Source: Nemertoderma westbladi (Eukaryota; Animalia; Xenacoelomorpha). Taken from it: a stretch of 64,000 nt of DNA. The position numbers and the translations under genes are program-made. Under the pieces are notes generated by a model. That model was not told the DNA's origin. It ran no database searches and saw only the letters and a program-made list of their open reading frames with translations. Positions within the stretch are counted from its first letter, which is position 1. Every line of letters starts with the position of its first letter. The DNA is taken from NCBI GenBank assembly GCA_032718475.1, contig JAUCBJ010001486.1:1-64000 (forward strand), read 5' to 3'. Positions 48,913 to 61,669 of the stretch are shown here, one piece after another.

Positions 48913-51900
48913 CGTATTCTTGTTTACCGCGGCACTACTAGGCTCAGTAAACTCGCAAGAATGTTCTACCTCCTTCCTTGTGGATACGGGATCACAAGTC
49001 TCTGTACTCCAACCAAACACTGTGAAAAATTGTATTTGGAATCATACAACAACTAAACTCACTACAGTATCAGGGTCCAACATCAACGTCCATGGGAAAG
49101 CAACTATCCGAGTAAAAATGCTCCGTAGAATATTTCAATGGACGTTTTATATTGCAGACATTACTGACAATATTCTTGGGTTGGATTTTCTCTCTAATTT
49201 CAAGTTAATTCTAGATTGCGGTGAAAAACAAATAATAGACAAAGATACATTACTCAGCCGACAATTACAAACATCAAATTCAAAGAGTTTCGGTATACGG
49301 AAAGTAACTTTGACACACCCCAACGATTGTTTAAACAAACTGTTAACCAACTATTCTGAATTATTCGACCCTGAATTTGCGTTTCAGGGCCCTCCAAAAA
49401 CAGACACAGTTCATCGTATAATCACAACGGATTGCCAGCCCATTCACGCAAAACCACGCCAGTTGAGTGGTCAGAAACTAATAATTGCCAAAGAGGCATT
49501 TGCAGACCTACAAGAGAAGGGAGTAATTCGCCCATCGAGTAGCCCATGGGCATCACCGCTTCATATGGCACCGAAACACAACCAAAAAGATCAGTGGCGT
49601 CCATGTGGGGATTATAGGGGATTAAACCGAGTAACACAACCAGATCGATATCCAGTCCCTCACATTAGCCACTTCCACAACCAGTTCAAAGGCTCTACAG
49701 TGTTCAGTAAAATCGATTTGACCAGGGCCTACAACCAAGTCGCAGTAAATCCAGAGGACATTCCGAAAACGGCCGTTGTAACACCCTTCGGTTTATACGA
49801 ATTCGTCCTTATGCCCTACGGATTAAAAAACGCGGGTCAGACGTTGCAACGCCACATGAACGAGGCCTTTGGCGATCTACCCTTCGTTTTCATCTATGTG
49901 GATGATATCATAATACACTCAACAGATAACGATGAACATTATCAACATCTAGAAATTGTATTCGAGCGCTTGAGAAAATATAACCTAAAGGCGAACTATT
50001 CAAAGTGCGTATGGTTTCAGTCATCGTTGGTATTCCTCGGTTACTTGGTTTCATCCGAGGGTATATCCCCTCCAAAAGAGCGTGTCGAGGCATTAAACAG
50101 TATGCCTGAACCGACCAGTTACAATGAACTGCGCCGTGTACTCGGGATGTTTAACTTCTATCGACGGCACATCCCAAACTACAGTTCAATAACAAATATA
50201 TTACAAACGTTATTGAACAGCACGCAACCAACGAGCAAGAAACTCCCAAAAAGGAACTTTATCGATGACGAATGGACCGAAGAACACTCCGCTGCATAGA
50301 ACACTCTGCTGCATTTGCGTCATTAAAGAAATCCCTTTCAAATGCTATAACTCTACATCACCCCTCTACAACCGACTGTCCAGTGTCGATCACAATTACT
50401 AGCGACGCATCCAATATAGCTATCGGTGGGGCGCTACACGAGGTCGACTTACAAGAGGACGCATCACCATTGGGTTTCTACTCACGGAGACTCACTGAAA
50501 GAGAACAGAAGTGGTCCCCATTCGAAAGGGAATTGTTAGCAGCATACGAACTGGCAGTACGTTATCGCGAAATTATTGAAGGACGTCATGTAACTCTATA
50601 TACCGACCACAAACCTTTGGTCGGCGCATTCGACAAAGCAAGTAGCCTCTCCCCGAGACAGAACAGACAACTTTCGTTTTTAGCGGAATATATCGACAAG
50701 ATAGAATATATACCAGGAAATACCAATATAGTCGCCGACACCCTGTCAAGGCAGGTTGCCGCAACACATATTGATTCATTCGGGCTAGATGAATTAGCCG
50801 AGGCACAAAGTATTGATACAAACTTACTTTCTAAACCAACCTCATTTAATATCAAAACATTCAATATTGCCTCAGGTAAACCGCTTCTTTGCGATACCAG
50901 TACACCGTATCCGCGTCCCATTGTTCCAGAAACACTCCAAAAAGTAATCTTTGATGAACTTCATAATTTATCACATCCAGGTATCAAGGCAACCATTAGA
51001 CTAATAACAGACAGATATATTTGGATCAATGCTAAACGGGACATCGCGAACCTATGCCGACAATGTATTCCATGTCAAACAGCCAAAATCAATCGACATA
51101 CGAAAGCCCCACTAGAACCTCTTCCATTCTCAAATCGGTTCTCACATCTTCACACCGATATCGTGGGACCCCTACCTGAATTAGATAACCAACCGTACCG
51201 TTATCTTACAACGTTTATCGACAGAGAAACTGGGTGGGTCGAAGCGGCTCCAGTAAGTTCAATAACAGCCGTTGCCATAGCAACCGCGTTTCTTAATTGC
51301 TGGTTCGCACGTTTTGGCGTCCCATTACAGTTATCAACGGATCGCGGATCTCAATACGAATCGGAACTCTTTGCAGAAGTTGCCAAACTCATTGGATTTC
51401 ATAGAATGAGAACTACCGCGTACCACCCTCAAGCTAATGGCAAAATCGAACGCTTTCATCGAGTACTTAAAGCCTCCCTAAAAGCTCGAGGATCTGATTG
51501 GTTGTCGTCACTGCCAATCATTTTATTCAGCCATAGAATCACGCCATCCCACGTCACCGGCATATCACCCTTCGAGCTAGTGACCGGGACACTGCCTTTA
51601 ATCCCATCCAGTTTGGTAGTGCCGACAGACGTGACATATAACCATGATTTTGTTAAACTGCTTCATAAACATGTATCTGAACTAGGGTTTATCGCTCAAT
51701 CTAAGTATATGGACCAACCGAACCCAAACCGACTCATCAAGAGTTACATTCCAACAGCATTACAGACCAGCGACAAAGTCTTTGTACGGGTTGATAGAGT
51801 GAGGAAATCGCTAGAGGCGCCCTACCAAGGTCCCTTCAGGGTTATCTCCCGTACCGATAAACATTTTACCTTAGAGACACCTAGCGGTTCAAAGGTGATT

Positions 51901-51957
51901 TCGATAGACCGACTCAAACCATATCTAGACTTCAGACGTAAAATGAAAACTGTGTAG
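48863..51957 (+). pseudogene. pol: Gypsy pol (PR-RT-RNase H-IN) broken by a 17-bp duplication at 50281-50314
   Basis: FLVDTGS, YVDD, TSDAS, HPG...C..C, DIVGPL/TDRGSQY/IERFH; the duplication AGAACACTCYGCTGCAT x2 shifts the frame. Confidence 0.9.
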
Positions 51958-52622
51958 TGGTGGTCGCTCCGTGTGATACCTGGGGGAAAAATAATAATAA
52001 TAAGATTACTGACTGTTCTGATAGGTACTACTGTACTATGACTGTACCAGGAGCCAGGAGCTCGGTACTGACTGACTGATGGCATTTATATATATATATA
52101 TATATCTGTATATCGTATTGCTTGTTATATATATTGTATATGTATTGAACATCTGAATGGTATTACACTGACTTTATGAGATAACGATATTATATGTTGT
52201 TCTCCCAACTACCTTCGTTATAAGACCTGGACACTGACTAAATCACTTGAACAACGAATTGATGGTTGCTACACAAGACTACTAAGGGCAGCCCTAAACA
52301 TCAGCTGGAGACAACACATGACAAACGCCGAGCTTTATGGTACAATACCACCTGTATCAACCACCCTCCGTGAACGCAGATTAAGATTCAGTGGGCACTG
52401 CTGGCGAAGTAAAGACGAGGTCATACCAGATCTACTTCTCTGGCAACCAACTCATGGAAAGCATAGTCGTGGACGACCTGCCATAACATATATAGATCAA
52501 CTTGAAAGGGATACTGAACTTGGGAGAAACGAAATTGCGACAACTTGGAGAATCGCGAAGCCTGGAAGGATCTCATTTCCACAGTCCGAGTTCGCTCGAC
52601 CTAGTAGTAGTAGTAGTAGTAG

Positions 52623-54056
52623 ATACAGAACGGGTGATGGGTGATTGTAGACCTCCAAGTACACTACAGATATTAGATACAGAACGCGTGATGGGTGATT
52701 GTAGACCTCCAAGTACACTACAGATATTAGATACAGAACGGGTGATTGTAGACCTCCAAGTACACTACAGATATTAGATACAGAATGGGTGATGGGTGAT
52801 TGTAGACCACCAAGTAAACTACAGATATTAGATACAGAACGGGTGATGGGTGATTGTAGACCACCAAGTACACTACAGATATTAGATCAGAATGGGTGAT
52901 GAGTGATTGTAGACCACCAAGTACACTACAGATATTAGATCAGAATGGATGATGGGTGATTGTAGACCACCAAGTACACTACAGATATTAGATACATAAC
53001 GCGTGATGGGTGATTGTAGACCACCAAGTACACTACAGATATTAGATACAGAACGGGTGATTGTAGACCTCCAAGTACATTACAGATATTAGATACAGAA
53101 CGCGTGATGGGTGATTGTAGACCACCAAGTACACTACAGATATTAGATACAGAATGGGTGATGGGTTATTGTAGACCTCCAAGTACACTACAGATATTAG
53201 ATACAGAACGCGTGATGGGTGATTGTAGACCTCCAAGTACACTACAGATAATAGATACAGAACGGGTGATGGGTGATTGTAGACCTCCAAGTACACTACA
53301 GATATTAGATACAGAATGGGTGATGGGTTATTGTAGACCTCCAAGTACACTACAGATATTAGATACAGAACGCGTGATGGATGATTGTAGACCACCAAGT
53401 ACACTACAGATATTAGATACAGAACGCGTGATGGGTGATTGTAGACCACCAAGTACACTACAGATATTAGATACAGAACACATGATGGGTGATTGTAGAC
53501 CACCAAGTACACTACAGATATTAGATACAGAACGGGTGATGGGTGATTGTAGACCTCCAAGTACACTACAGATATTAGATACAGAACGCGTGATGGATGA
53601 TTGTAGACCACCAAGTACACTACAGATATTAGATACAGAACGCGTGATGGGTGATTGTAGACCACCAAGTACACTACAGATATTAGATACAGAACACATG
53701 ATGGGTGATTGTAGACCAACAAGTACACTACAGATATTAGATACAGAACGGGTGATGGGTGATTATAGACCTCCAAGTACACTACAGATATTAGATACAG
53801 AACGGGTGATGGGTGATTGTAGACCACCAAGTACACTACAGATATTAGATACAGAACGCGTGATGGGTGATTGTAAAACTCCAAGTACACTACAGATATT
53901 AGATACAGAACGGGTGATGGGTGATTGTAGACCTCCAAGTACACTACAGATATTAGATACAGAACGGGTGATGGGTGATTGTAGACCTCCAAGTACACTA
54001 CAGATATTAGATACAGAACGGGTGATTGTAGACCACCAAGTACACTACAGATATTA
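52623..54056. repeat. 45-bp satellite, right part
   Basis: Same unit as 45165-46000. Confidence 0.97.
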
Positions 54057-54590
54057 TTCATTCTTTTATTTTATTTCATTATTCTATAAGATATGAAAAA
54101 AAATACATTTGAAAATTCGAAGTCTTTGGTATAATTTTAGTTAGAGCCAATTACCTACGTCGCGCTAGACATAGGTTTGGGGCTTCTATCTATGAGAAAT
54201 AACTGGCCCACTAAATTTAGGGGCTTTATTAAATAACGCGAAATAAACGGAATCTGAAAGGGCTGACCCTGGCCCACCTACAAATTACAATACAAATTAA
54301 CTAATTTTGTGGTTAGATTTTCAGACTGTTATGAACCTAAAACAATTAGATTTTCAATCGACTCAAAATATAAAAATTTTAAAAATTAGAATATGGTCGA
54401 ACTAATTATAATTAGTCACTGTGAATAAAATAATGTAAATAATCTGTCTGACTAATAAGGGAAGCAGCTTGTATATTCGAATTATTTGGTAAGGATTTAT
54501 GCGACATAATAATATATGAACCGAACACGAATATATTGCAATGAATAAAAACGATATCAAATGGTATATAAAATGATTAATTATTCGACT

Positions 54591-55583
54591 TTATGTAACT
54601 GAGTTGGTAATTACAGGACTAATGACGTAATGGCCTCTTTGCAACTGAGAGATATAGACCTTGCACTTAACCCCGTCAGTTCGTTTAACCCAAACCTCAT
54701 TGCCGTTTATAAGAGTTATATAACCTTCTATCATCCGTTCCCGTGAGTCTGCCGGTTCCACAACCACTTGCGTTCCTCGCGAGAAGCAACGGCCGCGGTA
54801 GTACAGCCGTCCGTCTACCGCGCGGATCCGATACGGAGTCGGTTTGTACGAAGCGACTCGATGCGGAGTCGGTTTGTACGAGGCGACTCGATGCGGAGTC
54901 GGTTTGGTACACCGCGCACGCGATATCGCGGCCCAGTCTTCCATTATCTCGCGTTCCCGGAGCATATAGACGAGATACGGTCCGGAGACAACGACCGGAC
55001 TCCGGTCTCGTTTAGCCGGACGAGAGAAGCGACGGGGGCGATGGTACTCCGAGTACTGCGTGGAAAGTTCCGCGCGTTGCCGTTCCGCTTCCAGGGATCG
55101 CATCGAGCGTTCCACATCGCCGCGTAGAAAGTCGGCTAGAGCCGCTTTCTCGGAGGACAACGTTTGCAACGAGGATTGTAAGTCACAGTCGTAGTTCTTT
55201 GAAACCGACTCGATCTGCAACTCGCGGGTAATTTGGCCAATTTCTTTACGAATATTCCAGGATTGTTCCAAACGATCGCGTTGTAGTTGGAATTCCGCAG
55301 CCGTTCCATCCTTCACCTTTACTATCTGCAGTTCCACTTGCTTCAACCGTTCTCTATACAGCTGCTCCTTAAGGTTTTCGAACTGTTTATCCAACTGCTC
55401 GAGTTCCTTCACGACGCATTGTCTCCGGATCTCGTATTCGTCCTCATCCACTTCCGACGAACTAATAATCGAATCTTCCTCTTCCGATGACGATTTTCCC
55501 GAACCCTCTTTAGTTTTGCGTTTTCGTTTGGATCGTGTTTGCCGAACGTTTTGCTGTTCTTCTATCAATAAATCGCTTGCCAT
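54591..55583 (-). CDS. BRMS1L: Breast cancer metastasis-suppressor 1-like protein (Sds3 family, Sin3-HDAC complex subunit), intronless, 330 aa
   Basis: Acidic N-terminus, then EIRRQC...LDKQFENLKEQLYRERL, SEK, PVVVSGPYLVYML.E.EI.EDW and a C-terminal beta domain; ATG at 55583; BRMS1 versus BRMS1L cannot be resolved. Confidence 0.9.
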   Translation of the reverse strand: MASDLLIEEQQNVRQTRSKRKRKTKEGSGKSSSEEEDSIISSSEVDEDEYEIRRQCVVKELEQLDKQFENLKEQLYRERLKQVELQIVKVKDGTAAEFQLQRDRLEQSWNIRKEIGQITRELQIESVSKNYDCDLQSSLQTLSSEKAALADFLRGDVERSMRSLEAERQRAELSTQYSEYHRPRRFSRPAKRDRSPVVVSGPYLVYMLREREIMEDWAAISRARCTKPTPHRVASYKPTPHRVASYKPTPYRIRAVDGRLYYRGRCFSRGTQVVVEPADSRERMIEGYITLINGNEVWVKRTDGVKCKVYISQLQRGHYVISPVITNSVT

Positions 55584-55717
55584 ACTGCAATTATGTCTTA
55601 CGTACTGCAGTAGGCCAGTAGGCCTACAGATGTACAGTACAGTACAGTACCGGCAGACCGGCAACAATACTGCCTGAAAACATTAGTGACAGCACTAACA
55701 GACTAACTGATCTGCTA

Positions 55718-55786
55718 AAGCCAATAGGAAAACAGTATTTAATCATCCAATCGTAGCGCATTTGTTCCACTAATGGCTCCGCCCTC
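55718..55786. promoter_or_regulatory. Probable BRMS1L proximal promoter (two CCAAT boxes and a GC box)
   Basis: AGCCAAT at ~55719, TCCAAT at ~55746 and CTCCGCCC at ~55777, 135-200 bp upstream of the ATG. Confidence 0.45.
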
Positions 55787-57090
55787 CCATCAACCTTCAT
55801 CTATATTTAACGTTATTGCAGTCTAATCCCGTAGTCTATGATACACCTCAATACCGATTTATTTTAAAACATTTCGATTATTGGATGAACCCCGCCTGAG
55901 ACCCATACACTAACCCTGTTGCTGTTAGAAGAAATGGCACTGTCCAAAATGGTTTGTAGAACTAAACTGGGAAGATTTTTAAAAATGACATCTAATTTTG
56001 TCGAATTAAAAGCCGGGATTATTTTAAAATTATTATTAATATTATTACACTCTATTAAAATTGTTCTATAAATAGGCTATACATAATTCAAGTTTAAAAT
56101 GTAAAAAAAATGGACCTTGATACGTAAACACTTCAAAATAAAACAGAAATAAAAATAAAAACGGCTCGTGGTAGACCAAATACACAAAATCATAATAAAA
56201 AATAATCTATACCCCCCCAGCGGGGGGAATTGTTTTATAACTGGTTCATAAAAAATGGTAAAAAAATTAGTAAATAGTTTTATTAAATAATTTTTATATT
56301 TTTTTTAATTTAAATTTGTTGTTTTAAATAAAATTGTATTTAATGAAAATGAATGAATATTTAATGAATTTATTTAATTTTAATTTGGTTTTTTATTTCA
56401 TTTCGCTCTGTGTTATCATCATGCCCGACCTTTTAACCCCATTTTACTGAGTGCTGTTTATTTTTTTTAGAAAGCCCCACTCGTTTACAGTCGATTAATT
56501 GTATTACTTGTATTGTACATGTTTTAAAATAGTCGGCCTAGGCCTATAGTATAATACAATGAGATATGTGTTTGATACTACCAATTATATCTCATTTTCA
56601 ATAATCGTCATTCATTCATCCATTCCTTAAATATTATTGTAAACTTAACACTCACTACAACGCAGTCAATATTAATAAATCTGGCCGGATCTTACCACAA
56701 CCAATAACAAGCCAATCTATTAGCTTGACCGAAGACTCTAACATAAATTGCTATGACCAGCGGAGTCTGTTGCCTACCTCTTTATGGCAGCCGCTTACCA
56801 CTTTGTGGATGCCGCCTTGCCACTACGACAAACAATGGTATTCATTGGCTTGCCCTAACATCAATTAACTTGGCCGCCATTGAAGTGTACTTGCGTACTG
56901 TACTAGCTTGTCGTCATAAAGTCTGTATACGGCTGCTCCACTGGTTATCTCAATGTCATGCTGATAGGTTACGTAACAGCCTAACTTTCCTTCTTGTTTG
57001 GCAGATTAGTTTAGACACCCATATGATGAGTATTTGATTGGCTGTGGCAGATCTGTTGATGCTGAAACGGCTGAAACGGCTGACACTCAA

Positions 57091-58206
57091 TTTTTTCACC
57101 AATTTCAAATTTGTGTAAAAAGACTTTATTCGTAATTTTTCGACTCATGTAAAGTAATACCAGACTTTTTGCTGTTATATTTCACTTTGTAGTATAAAGT
57201 ACTATACATGCACATGTGAAGAATACCAGGTTTTGACACTCAGCCGATTGTCAGACCAACAGCTGTGCAGAGGCTTTATTCAAATATTTTGCGAGTAAAC
57301 GCTTTATTGCTGAGCTTAACTACAGATCCCCGTAGCTACCGGACGGTTTCTGAAAGCCACAGCCCCACAAGAGAGATTTTCTTCTAAAGAAGCTCGGTAA
57401 TCGAATAGACATAAAATTATAAGACTATTATTCTGTTTTAAAATGTACGCGGAATGCACCGACCGATCTTTATTACTAGTTTTCCGTTTAGCGAAATAGA
57501 ACTCTGTCCGAAAGGTTGAGTTTTACACGAGTTTGTAAGTTTTACTGCCAACATGTGGAAAATTCAACACACGAATAGGGGAGAATATCTTAATTTCAGA
57601 TAGCGGTGCAATTTGATCGCAAGTGAATAAGTGATCTTCATCGCAAATTGACCGCAAATAAAATAAAACTTTCGTTTATTGTTTTGGTTAGAAAACGCAA
57701 CCTCTGCTCCTTTCCCTTAATGTTTTAAATTAAATGGTTTACTAGGTTACATCCACTAAAACACATAGTTGGTGTTTGCGGTTATTTTGCACCGTTGACC
57801 AGTTGACTCCTAAATTTTGCTAAATACAATGAATGGAAAGGCGTTGGAGCTCATGTTTTATTTTAAAATATATCACCAAGTGTTATCACTGGATACGTAA
57901 ACGTACACACCAACTAACACTTTATTGTATTGTTCAATTAAGTACCGTACAGTTTAAATTTTAAAAAATTCGTCTTTTTTCAATTATCCAGGTATTCGTA
58001 TAGGTACTCATTGTTCATTGTTTTGGTTGGATTCAGCTCTTCTGAAACCTGGGTTTTTAGTTAAAACCTGGTATTCTTCACATGTGCATGTATAGTACTT
58101 TATACTACAAAGTGAAATATAACAGCAAAAAGTCTGGTATTACTTTACATGAGTCGAAAAATTACGAATAAAGTCTTTTTACACAAATTTGAAATTGGTG
58201 AAAAAA
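57091..58206. repeat. 144-bp inverted repeat pair (57091-57234 and 58063-58206)
   Basis: Reverse-complement match read directly; possibly MITE arms. Confidence 0.8.
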
Positions 58207-58829
58207 TGTTATTGAAATTGTTCATCATGAGTTTTACTCATTTGATAGAATATTAGTAAAACTCTAATTTATCGAATAAAACTAATTGTAATTTTAATGA
58301 ATAAATTAAACATTAAACAAAAAAAATCACCTTAACGTACGTAAAGTATTGGCACCTGTTTTTAGACTCACCAAAAACAGTTGAGGAACTTATTCCTGTT
58401 ATTATTTTTATTTCTATCATGAACTACATTATAGACCACTGTATAGTTATACAATTTTTGAGATAGGGCCTACCATTGCATTACTTTGTTTTTTTTTGTT
58501 GTTGTTGGGGGGGGGGGGGGGGGGGGGGGGGGGCATCTACCTATTATAGTATTTGGGCGAAAACTATCCCGAAATCGGGATCCCGAGAGTAATAATTCCG
58601 ATCCCGGAAATCCCGAAAAGTTTGATCCCTTTAAACACTATATTAATATTAATAATATTCTAGCGTTTTGAGAACAGCATCGAATACATACCATACACAC
58701 ACATTAAGCACTATTTCAAAACTTTAAAATTCACATACAATTGAATAAACAGATAAAACACTATGTTTATAAAAATAATGTTATATATATGGATAGGCTG
58801 ATAGGGCTATTACTTAACACTTACAGTTA

Positions 58830-59153
58830 CTCTGGAGTCCCGAATAAACGTGGTGGGTGAAAAATTTTGAAAATGTATACCTACTTACTTAACATACAGT
58901 ATAGGCGTACAGGTACAGTAGTAGTATTAACGGCTACCGTATACTCGCACTTGGTACACGGTTTTGTTTTGTTTTCTTTTACTTTCAACTCTCAATTATT
59001 ATGAGAACAAACGTTTATTTACTCATAATAAAAAATGTACTTAATTTTATAGAAACAAATAATAGTCGGGGTGTCTGGAATAAGATAATTGTGGGTGGAT
59101 TTTTTTTTCAAAAATTATTAGCCGTGTCGCCCCGTCTATTCGGGACTCCAGAG
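58830..59153. mobile_element. Tc1/mariner-pogo-type MITE
   Basis: TIR CTCTGGAGTCCCGAATA/TATTCGGGACTCCAGAG with TA on both sides. Confidence 0.82.
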
Positions 59154-59198
59154 TACACACGAGTAACATTGAATAATAATAGTTTTACAGATCAACTA

Positions 59199-60344
59199 TC
59201 ACATTTTATTTTGTCGTTGTTTCAGATCCCGCCTTCGTTTATTCTTTTTATACTTTTTAGATTTAGTCCGGTAAAAACCTGTTCCCATTCCACTCTCGTA
59301 TAGTTTCAATTGAGAACGACTTGTTATCCCCAAATGAAAACGATTCACGTGCTCCTTGAGATGCCTATTCTTTCGGAAAGCTAAACTGCACTCCTGACAC
59401 TTAAACAGCGAAACGCCGTGCTCGGATTTAGTGTGTATGATGAGGGAAGCTACGTTAGCGAGGGTAGCTTTACAAATGGAGCATTTCTTCTGCGGATGTT
59501 TCATATTATTATGATCATCCAAGGATCGACTCGACTTAAACACCATTCGACAGAGTTCGCAACGGAAGATATGTGTCCTCTGAAGATGCTTGTAATATCG
59601 CAATCTCTTAAAGAAAGATTTACCGCAATAAGGACAATTATTGTCGACACGCCTGTGTTGCTTGTTGACATGGGTTTTCCGTGTGTTTCGAGTCTTGAAC
59701 ACCAAGCAACACCCATCGTAGGGGCACTGGAATCCACCAAACTTCGTATGAATTTGTTTAATATGATTACTTAAGTATTGACGGTTGGGTCCCTTAACAT
59801 CGCAGTATGGACATTGAAATTGCTTGTGTTTCTTAGTATTATGCTGTGCAGAGCCAACAACAGATGCACTAGGGACAGCAGATGCCGTTGCATCAGTTGT
59901 AATCGGTAACGGTACTTCGTGGTCCTTCTTTACAAAACTATCAACACCGTGATATTCAATCTCTTCATCTTCACTACATGAACTATCGAAATCAATTTCT
60001 TCATAAAATTCATCGTCTATATCAGATTCACCTTCGTCGGTCTCATTAAATTCAGCCAATGTTGTTACACTTAGAACCTTTAAACTTTCACTTTTGTTGG
60101 GTAGGCCAACTTTTGTTTCTCCAACAACTTTCAAATTGCTGCTTCCAGCTACCGGTACTGGTACAAGAGATTCTATATTAGTAGTAGGTCTATTAGGTTC
60201 GAGGATGTCACTTATTGGTTCTTCCTGAAGGTTTTTCGTTTTGTTTGCGTAAACGTTTTGTACCCCATCAAGCTCTAGTGGTATTTTGCCTTCCCCTTTA
60301 CTGTCTATAATCGTTGATGTTCCGCGATTTCCTGCTCCTTCCAT
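59199..60344 (-). CDS. C2H2 zinc-finger protein (acidic region, six fingers, basic tail); an upstream exon is possible
   Basis: CPYC..H..H, CPYDGC, CPYC, CELC, CSIC and CQEC fingers; first in-frame ATG at 60344. Confidence 0.85.
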   Translation of the reverse strand: MEGAGNRGTSTIIDSKGEGKIPLELDGVQNVYANKTKNLQEEPISDILEPNRPTTNIESLVPVPVAGSSNLKVVGETKVGLPNKSESLKVLSVTTLAEFNETDEGESDIDDEFYEEIDFDSSCSEDEEIEYHGVDSFVKKDHEVPLPITTDATASAVPSASVVGSAQHNTKKHKQFQCPYCDVKGPNRQYLSNHIKQIHTKFGGFQCPYDGCCLVFKTRNTRKTHVNKQHRRVDNNCPYCGKSFFKRLRYYKHLQRTHIFRCELCRMVFKSSRSLDDHNNMKHPQKKCSICKATLANVASLIIHTKSEHGVSLFKCQECSLAFRKNRHLKEHVNRFHLGITSRSQLKLYESGMGTGFYRTKSKKYKKNKRRRDLKQRQNKM

Positions 60345-60879
60345 TGTTTGTAAATCGACGTACTTTAGGTACCGACACTTTAGGCTATAATCCAAGGACT
60401 ACTGAAGCAAGGACTGGCACACAGTAAATCCAGACTTCACTAGCAAAGGCGATGTTGTTTTTGTTACTGGTAACAAGTTTGAATGATAAACATACACATT
60501 CTGGGGTAAAAAATTATGGAGAATCTATTTATGGTATTAGTTTTTCAATTATCTGTTGCTTTCATGAATTATTTTCTATATTTTTGTGTTTATAAATTAT
60601 GTAGTCCCTTTCGTTATACTGTTGTCCTTTTGATTTCCTTCGTTATCAGGTGCCGTTATTTAGTTTCTATGTATTATTTTATTTTGTTTATCCCTTTACT
60701 GCATGAATTATAGATGCTCCGAAGAAAAAAAATATTTTTAAATTACAATAAAAATAATACAAAATACAATACTAAAAATTTGGAAATTTTTTTTAAAAAT
60801 ATATACTAGCACTTTTTGCACCACTGTTGCACTAGTGCAACATCATGCATAAAGGGGATATAAATATACATAATATTTG

Positions 60880-61395
60880 GCGAATTGTAAAGATGATTGT
60901 TTTCTTGATTCTTGTGTTGTATGGTTTTATGAGGGTTATGAATTCCATGGAATATATAAAAATGGCATGAGACATCTCAAACTTCTATATTTCAGCGGTA
61001 GGTCGAAAATTTGGTGGCAGACCAATTTTTGAAAATCCTTGCAATAGATGAATTGATTATAAGATATTGTTTCATATTGTTTAACATATTGCGTTATACT
61101 GGTTTATGGCGATTCTGAAAGTAATGAAATTAATAAAAATGACACTAGACATCTCAAACTTGTATTTTTCGGTGGTGGGTGGAAAATTTGGTGCCAGCAC
61201 CAATTCTTGAAAATACTTGCAATAGATAAATTGATTGTGACATCTTGGGGTCACTAGACATCTCAAAATCGCATTTTTTGGCGGTGGGTGTAAAATTTGG
61301 TGCCCGGCACCAAATTTTGAAAATATATACAATAGTAATTGTTGTGCGACATATTGTTTCCCTGCATTATACGATTCATAAGGGTTCTAAATTAG
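60880..61395 (-). repeat. ~170-bp repeat units related to the interior of the piggyBac-like element at 20080-20470
   Basis: AAAATTTGGTG.CAGCACCAA and GACATCTCAAACTTGTA motifs in reverse orientation. Confidence 0.65.
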
Positions 61396-61669
61396 AAAAA
61401 TAAATGTTAATTTTTATGAATTTAGAATGCATTATTTTATTCTAGAAATTATATTGCATATAACAATATTTGCATAGGCCTGCCTATTATTGCATAAATA
61501 TTGCATTGCACGAGTTTTCTATTTTTTGTGGAAATCTAAGAAATAGTTTTTACTTTTCAAGTACCACTTCTTATCTTTCACTATTTTCAGTGTCACGTCT
61601 TTACTTTTCAGTAAGTAAGTAAGTTTTAATTATCACTAATAATAGTGAATGAATGTCTGTCAATATATC

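Larger units (their letters stand above)
47668..52222 (+). mobile_element. Ty3/Gypsy LTR retrotransposon, CsRn1-like clade
   Basis: LTRs 47668-47939 and 51953-52222 are identical apart from (TA)n length; 4-bp TSD AGAC; PBS TGGTGACCC at 47941; CX2HX9CX3C Gag motif; PR-RT-RH-IN order. Confidence 0.95.
46001..52622 (+). mobile_element. RTE family A, 5'-truncated, inserted in the 45-bp satellite and interrupted by a Gypsy element
   Basis: RT ORF 46148-47667 (YRGI, QNGFR, FVDFKKAFDSI, QGDTLAP, FADD); LYRGE|TWTLT continues at 52223; (TAG)n tail at 52602-52622. Confidence 0.93.

Noticed and set aside
53042-54096. ORFs of 330-339 aa
   Set aside because: Translation of the satellite
55584-55667. N-terminal extension of the BRMS1L ORF in the ORF track
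   Set aside because: Starts at a non-ATG codon; the first ATG is at 55583
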